DNA of 31,729 bases from an uncultured archaeon (GTDB lineage: Archaea > Asgardarchaeota > Hermodarchaeia > Hermodarchaeales > Hermodarchaeaceae): assembly GCA_964347045.1 (NCBI GenBank), contig CAYFXC010000021.1, positions 1 to 31,729 on the forward strand, written 5' to 3'. This document shows, piece by piece, positions 26,413-31,729 of the stretch. Position numbers and translations under genes: made by a program. Each line of letters begins with the position of its first letter. Position 1 is the first letter of the stretch. The notes under the pieces were generated by a model, which saw nothing but the letters and a program-made list of their open reading frames with translations, was not told the origin of the DNA and ran no database searches.

Positions 26413-27660
26413 ATGAAAAACCGATATTCAGTTTTTCTAATTTTCATTATTTGTGTGCAATTGGGATTTGCCTCTTTCATTGGTACAGGATTTCAGGGTC
26501 ACCTAATTGGTCAACCGTCAAATGTCGTTCAACAGGCGCCTATTACTCCCTTTGATCGCATTATTTTAATGATTGGTGACGGTATGTCCTGGGGCCAAAT
26601 TAATGCTACCAAAAAGTGGCTGGGGACATCGGCGACACTTACTATGGAAGCACTCACCTATCTAGGTGATGTTCAAACTTTTTCCCTGAATTCGCCTGTC
26701 ACCGATTCTTCGGCAGCTGCAACGGCTCTTGCCACTGGAAACCGCACCAACAATGGGATGGTGGCAATGCTGCCGAATAGCGACTTGCTTCCTACAATTC
26801 TTGAAGCAGCGGAGGAGCTGGGCAAAGCAACAGGTTTGGTCACAACCTCCCCCATCACGCATGGGACACCAGCCGCCTTTTCGGCGCACGTTCTCAATCG
26901 AAATAATCAAGATGAAATCGCCCAGCAACAGATAGTCCAAGGCATTGAGGTTCTACTGGGTGGCGGAATGCGCTACTATTCATCCATTTTAAACACTGCG
27001 GAAAGTTTTGGTTACCATATAGTTCAGAATCGAACAGATATGATTGCAGGAGTAGATGAGGAATATTTACTAGGTCTCTTCGCCCATGAGCAGATGAGTT
27101 ATGAATATGACCGCAATCCCTTGGTTGAACCACATATTGCTGAAATGACCAACATTTCTCTACAAATCCTTGATCGACAAACCAATGGCTTTTTCCTGAT
27201 GATTGAAGGCGCACTCATCGACTATGCTTGCCACAGTATGAACATCAATCGCACCATCGGCGAAACCATCGCGTTCGATGAAGCCGTTCAAGTAGCCTAT
27301 GAATACGTCCAACAGACTGCGCGCACACTTCTCATTGTCACGGGTGACCACGAAACCGGTGGCCTTTGGGTGAACATGACTAACCCTACTTTGGAATACC
27401 ACTTTTCCAATTCCGGGCATACCGCCGCGCCGGTCCCCGTCTTTGTCTACCATAATACTACAGCGACGCTGCCTACTTTTACTCACCACATTGATATTGG
27501 TAAATACTTGTTCAGCATCATAGATCAATCAACTCCACCCCCTCTTACTCCTGGAATACCAATCTTTGCCATCACACTAATCGTAGCCATTGTTATTTTA
27601 GCTGCTGTGTTGGTAGTATATATCCGACGAAGAACCACTAAACCCAAAGTAAATCAATGA
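26413..27660 (+). CDS. phoA: Alkaline phosphatase, secreted and C-terminally membrane-anchored
   Basis: IGDGM, TDSSA (nucleophile Ser), THGTPAAF, IEGALIDYACH, GDHETGG and GHT. N-terminal signal and C-terminal PGIP-TM-RRR. Confidence 0.93.
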   Translation: MKNRYSVFLIFIICVQLGFASFIGTGFQGHLIGQPSNVVQQAPITPFDRIILMIGDGMSWGQINATKKWLGTSATLTMEALTYLGDVQTFSLNSPVTDSSAAATALATGNRTNNGMVAMLPNSDLLPTILEAAEELGKATGLVTTSPITHGTPAAFSAHVLNRNNQDEIAQQQIVQGIEVLLGGGMRYYSSILNTAESFGYHIVQNRTDMIAGVDEEYLLGLFAHEQMSYEYDRNPLVEPHIAEMTNISLQILDRQTNGFFLMIEGALIDYACHSMNINRTIGETIAFDEAVQVAYEYVQQTARTLLIVTGDHETGGLWVNMTNPTLEYHFSNSGHTAAPVPVFVYHNTTATLPTFTHHIDIGKYLFSIIDQSTPPPLTPGIPIFAITLIVAIVILAAVLVVYIRRRTTKPKVNQ

Positions 27661-27763
27661 TGTGTACCAAATCATCTTTTACATCATAGTTTTTGAGTAA
27701 ATTGAAAGATTGCGTTATCCGACCATGTTAGATTTTAATATCCAGTGTTCTGTAAAGTGAGCT

Positions 27764-27952
27764 ATGGCATTGGTCGCTGTTGTTAAGGGGGAACGCGGTG
27801 TTGAACCCGTATTTCGGGCAATGGAACTAATCCCTTACAAGGAAGCCCTTGAGCCGTATGAAACGGTCTTAGTAAAGCCCAATCTGAGTTTACGCAACAT
27901 CAAAGTCATTCTACCTGAAACAACTCAAAGATGTGGGTTTGTAACAGATTAG
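27764..27952 (+). pseudogene. Truncated DUF362-family protein (N-terminus only)
   Basis: VAVVKG...VFRAMEL...VLVKPNL matches the DUF362 start. Similarity is lost afterwards and the ORF stops at 62 aa. Confidence 0.65.
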
Positions 27953-27986
27953 ATAGTCATAGGATTTTTTTATATGATTGATTTAG

Positions 27987-28658
27987 TCATTTTAATGAGA
28001 TTGTATCAATTGTTTCAATTCTTCCTACTGTGAGATACGGTCTAGCTCTGACGATATGAATCTTATCTAATTTAATTCGACTAATTTCTTTTGCTCTGTA
28101 CTTCTTCTCTATTAAAGTCAATAAGCTGCGAGCTTCATCAGTTAGTATTTCGGCGATAGTCACATGGGGGATGTACTCTGGATGATCCTCTTTCAGATTT
28201 GGGAATCTCTGGTGAATTTCCTTGTATATTTTGAGAAGGTTCTGAGACTTATCAAAAACTTGAAGATAAATGGTTCTTAGAAAACAATTCAAGCCCTTTA
28301 ATTGAATTTCAAATGATGAGTAGTGTGCAAGCAGCTTTTTCATAATTCGTAGGATGTCTCCGAGATCAATCTGATCTTCCCAACCGTACTCTTCAAGGGT
28401 GATGTGGAAAAAGTTGGGCTGATGAAATTTCTGCCTAGGATCAGTTCGTTCAAGATCTGCCTGAATTAATTGAATAGGCTCCCATACTGTTGAGGGTATC
28501 ATGAATACAGCAGCTAGGAATGGGGGATTGTTATCGTCATACATTTTCCTTCCATGAAAAACAGGTTCTCTGGGAGGTTCCAACTTTCCCTCTTTTATTA
28601 GAGTACAATATTTTGCCCAGAATGCTTGATAATCATCTATCTGTTTCTTGAAACTCAT
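27987..28658 (-). CDS. 2H phosphoesterase (2'-5' RNA ligase-like) family protein
   Basis: Two HxT motifs: FHITL and PHVTI. Confidence 0.88.
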   Translation of the reverse strand: MSFKKQIDDYQAFWAKYCTLIKEGKLEPPREPVFHGRKMYDDNNPPFLAAVFMIPSTVWEPIQLIQADLERTDPRQKFHQPNFFHITLEEYGWEDQIDLGDILRIMKKLLAHYSSFEIQLKGLNCFLRTIYLQVFDKSQNLLKIYKEIHQRFPNLKEDHPEYIPHVTIAEILTDEARSLLTLIEKKYRAKEISRIKLDKIHIVRARPYLTVGRIETIDTISLK

Positions 28659-29052
28659 TTTAATACCACTACTCTATTGAATTTTCAAATAATATGTCAG
28701 ATTGTAATATTCAAGAATCCCACACTATTTATCTTCCACGCGCCACATCCATTATGCATTGATAAGCTTCTCTAGACCGTTCTAGACGCGCTTTTTGCTT
28801 CTCCTAGGATTCGTGCCCTACAAAAAAATCCCATCAGAAACCTTAGAAAAATAGTCGAGGTCATAGCACGCGACACAGATTATTTATCAGGTCATATTTG
28901 TAACCCCTTCCCTATGCCATCAAAAATAAGAGAAATATACTCTGCTAAGCGTTTAACATCATCTTATAATGTGAAACAAATCATCCTTCACGTCTTTGAA
29001 AACAGATGATAAGCGTTCTCTAATTTCAGGTCTTCTGAATATTTCTGGGTGG

Positions 29053-29880
29053 TTAAGGCACTCTTCCAGTTGCAATAAAGGAAGTCGTCATGAGAAAAGC
29101 CTCAGGGTGCTTAAGAAACTGGTTTAGTTCCTCCACCCCTTCTTTATAGCCCTGTTCTGTGGTGTAGCCCTGGCTAATTAGCGCCTCCTTTTCTGTTCTT
29201 ATCAGTTCAATAGGAACTGACATAGCAAGCTGAAGCAAGTGAGGTGTTTGCTGAGTGACAGCTATCGGTACTGGAATAATTTTGATCGACTCAAGACCTA
29301 TTTGGGAAAAAAAGGAGAACAACTTTCTTCCGATATAGCGGTCATCTCCTCGACTCTTCGCAATTTCACCAAATTTACCCCACAAATTCAATCCCATTGG
29401 AAACGGCGGATAAACAACGATTGTCCCATCATCGAAATCAGACACGGCAATGATACCATTTTGCTTCGTCACTCTCTTAAATTCACTTAGCACTAATACC
29501 GGGTCTTTAACATGCATAAGAACCAACCGACAATAGGTAGCATCAAAAAAATCATCATCGAATTCTAGATTGCAAATATCACCTAGTTGATAGTGAATAT
29601 TTGGAAAATCTTCCTCAATCACCAGCCTTTCAGCCTCCCCAATGAACACAGGATCAATATCAACACCATAAACCTTGCCAGGAGTGATCTCCCGCGCAAT
29701 CATTCTCGTAATTGCACCAGTTCCACAACCGGCATCAAGCACCTGGATACCAGATCTTAATTCAATGGCCTCAAGTTCTTTACGAATCATAACTTCCTGT
29801 GCTTTGGCTTGAACTTCAAGTCTGTGTGCTTCTTCAATCGTCCCTGCATAAACATATTTTCTAGGTGACTTATCTGTCAA
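29053..29880 (-). CDS. Class I SAM-dependent methyltransferase
   Basis: EAHRLEVQA, VLDAGCGTG, GVDID, FDATYCRLVLMHV and IGRKL. Confidence 0.92.
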   Translation of the reverse strand: MTDKSPRKYVYAGTIEEAHRLEVQAKAQEVMIRKELEAIELRSGIQVLDAGCGTGAITRMIAREITPGKVYGVDIDPVFIGEAERLVIEEDFPNIHYQLGDICNLEFDDDFFDATYCRLVLMHVKDPVLVLSEFKRVTKQNGIIAVSDFDDGTIVVYPPFPMGLNLWGKFGEIAKSRGDDRYIGRKLFSFFSQIGLESIKIIPVPIAVTQQTPHLLQLAMSVPIELIRTEKEALISQGYTTEQGYKEGVEELNQFLKHPEAFLMTTSFIATGRVP

Positions 29881-30167
29881 AGAATATTCCTCACTTCAGT
29901 TACTGCTCAATCGCTTGCTTATTATTTTTTCACCAATGCACCGTGATTCTGCAGCAACCCGCAGAAACGCTCGTGTTAACTGATTGTGTCTTAAGACAGT
30001 AACTGGAATCTAACGACGTAATTATCTCCTCAGTGATGGATGATTATGGTCATTACTTCGTCAGATAAGCCTTCGACACTCATCGCCGATGGCCGATAAC
30101 AGAATAAAAAAGGTGGAAGCTTTCGGTACTTTTAAAGAACTGCCATCAAATCGAACTAGTTTTAGAG

Positions 30168-30905
30168 GTGTTTGTCTTATTGCTGCTTATTCTCCTGCTT
30201 AACTTGGTCACTAACTTGGTTTTTTGGTATTTCCTTTTTGGTTGCTTCCTAGGTCCGTATATGACCACTGTGGTGTTCAGTCGACTCCTCAACCAAAACC
30301 GTGATCTGCTTTTCAGCATCATTAACGGCGTTGGTGCGCTCTGTTTTGCTCTCGGAGCTTACCTGTTGCCGCTTACTGTGCAACCACGTATTGCTGGGTC
30401 GTTTGGTGCGTTTCTTACACCAATTGAACAAATCATGCAGGCGCCACAGGTTCCTGGAAGCGAGCTGCCAGGCGTAATCTTAAGCTGGATTGGTGTTGGC
30501 TTCACTATTGCGGGAACAGTAATGCTCACTTTCACAACCACTAAGATTGTTAAGGTCAGCGGATTAAAGCAACATGAATCCAGCGAACTTGTCACCTCTG
30601 GCTTTTGGGGCATTGTTCGCAATCCCGTTTATACATCCTTACTTATCATTCATTTGGGCACTTCTTTACTCCTTGGCGGAGTCTACTGTTTAATCTTTTA
30701 TCCAGTTTTCTATGGTATACTCCATTTTTCAGGTTGGATAGAGACCGTTGTTAACCTCGAACCACAATTTGGAAAAGACCAAGTGGCCGCCTACAAGGCA
30801 AGGGTGCCCCACTCCCTCTTCAATAGACCTCTGTGGCTCATAATAATCATATTAGCTGGCTCACTTGTTTTACTCGGAGTTCTCGGATACATCCCAGTGT
30901 TCTAA
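30168..30905 (+). CDS. ICMT/PEMT-family integral membrane methyltransferase
   Basis: Multi-TM protein with LVTSGFWGIVRNPVY and E...L..QFG....AYKARVP. Confidence 0.8.
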   Translation: MFVLLLLILLLNLVTNLVFWYFLFGCFLGPYMTTVVFSRLLNQNRDLLFSIINGVGALCFALGAYLLPLTVQPRIAGSFGAFLTPIEQIMQAPQVPGSELPGVILSWIGVGFTIAGTVMLTFTTTKIVKVSGLKQHESSELVTSGFWGIVRNPVYTSLLIIHLGTSLLLGGVYCLIFYPVFYGILHFSGWIETVVNLEPQFGKDQVAAYKARVPHSLFNRPLWLIIIILAGSLVLLGVLGYIPVF

Positions 30906-31162
30906 TGAGTTTACTTGTTTGCCTGAAATTCATAGCCAATTCAACCTCACGTATCCCGATTCCAAGTTTCTCACCAGTAAGAAACTACAAGCACTCTGGT
31001 GCATCATCGTATCTGTAATCGGAATGCTGTAACTTCCACTATTCGGTATGAGACGCGGTTCCCACCACGAATAGTGAATGAATTATACAATGAATAACAA
31101 ATCCAAACCAATTGGTAGAAGCTCGTTTTTTCTGGATCATACCACATGAACCAAATCATCTT

Positions 31163-31729
31163 TCAGCCTTTACTCTTCTTCTCTGCTATCTCCTTCATCC
31201 TCAAGTTGTAGATGAATATTTTTTCGGAATCAGGTACAAATTGACCTAGCTCAATTTCTAAAGCTTTACCTATTTGTTGTTCAGCCAATTCAATAAGGTG
31301 TTCGTTTAGATATCTCATTCCAACATAATAATGAGCATATGATGATTCAGGATATTCCTTTACGTAAGCTTCTGCGATCTCCAAGGCTTGAGATCCTTTT
31401 CCTTGTTTATATATGCTACTTGCAAGTTGGGAGTAGGTTGATTCGGGTATAAGAACATTGTAACCATATTTCTTTGATAGATTCTCATAAAATGAATATA
31501 CGGCATCTAATCCCTTGTCAATGATTTCTTCTGCAATGATGTCGTCGGAATAAAGCACTCTCAATCCTTCATATATTGCTTTGTATGGACCGAACGTGTG
31601 ATCCTCAAGAGGTAGCTCTACAGCCTTGAATCGAGAACCTTTCTTCAAATGACTTGTGAACAACGGAATAAAGTCATCCCTAACACTTTGTCCTACATCC
31701 CCTCCTTCTAGTGATCCAATGGTCACAAT
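31163..31729 (-). CDS. C-terminal part of a putative esterase (alpha/beta hydrolase) plus TPR protein, cut by the window edge
   Basis: Open to base 31729. EDH...PYKAIYEGLR resembles an esterase catalytic-His region. YPESSYAHYYVG..Y is TPR-like. Confidence 0.6.
   Translation of the reverse strand: MVTIGSLEGGDVGQSVRDDFIPLFTSHLKKGSRFKAVELPLEDHTFGPYKAIYEGLRVLYSDDIIAEEIIDKGLDAVYSFYENLSKKYGYNVLIPESTYSQLASSIYKQGKGSQALEIAEAYVKEYPESSYAHYYVGMRYLNEHLIELAEQQIGKALEIELGQFVPDSEKIFIYNLRMKEIAEKKSKG

Noticed and set aside
1-31729. Genome-wide TAG (pyrrolysine) or TGA reassignment suggested by in-frame stops
   Set aside because: TAG ends apparently complete genes (10367, 12304, 18462) and TGA ends many others. 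The CocE gene is truncated even if its TAG is read through.

Overview
This is an AT-rich prokaryotic window with about 28 intact or edge-truncated CDSs. It reads as archaeal: TATA-like boxes, GGAGG/GAGGTGA ribosome-binding sites, oligo-T gene ends and an IPGFP-TM-basic C-terminal anchor. An Asgard-type or other sediment archaeon is plausible, but that is inference and no marker gene is present. It is an accessory patchwork region. Metal and ion transport genes: FTR1 and GDT1 divergent around DtxR/SirR-type boxes, CopB, a CPA antiporter, an ArsB/NhaD-like permease and MscS. Putative operons and modules: PadR-methyltransferase-like fusion / unknown protein / B12-radical SAM / membrane protein; a twin-domain aspartic protease next to a wHTH gene that appears to start at ATT; and TetR-flavodoxin with a triple operator. 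Other genes: a 7-repeat surface protein, a cold-shock gene with a highly structured leader, a membrane-anchored alkaline phosphatase and several methyltransferases. A cluster of broken genes at 13.4-16.4 kb is missed or clipped by the ORF track. It includes three genes with an in-frame stop, an Fe-S gene remnant and an IS200/IS605-end-like hairpin. No rRNA, tRNA, CRISPR array or intact transposase was seen. All family assignments come from motif recognition by eye; no searches were run.
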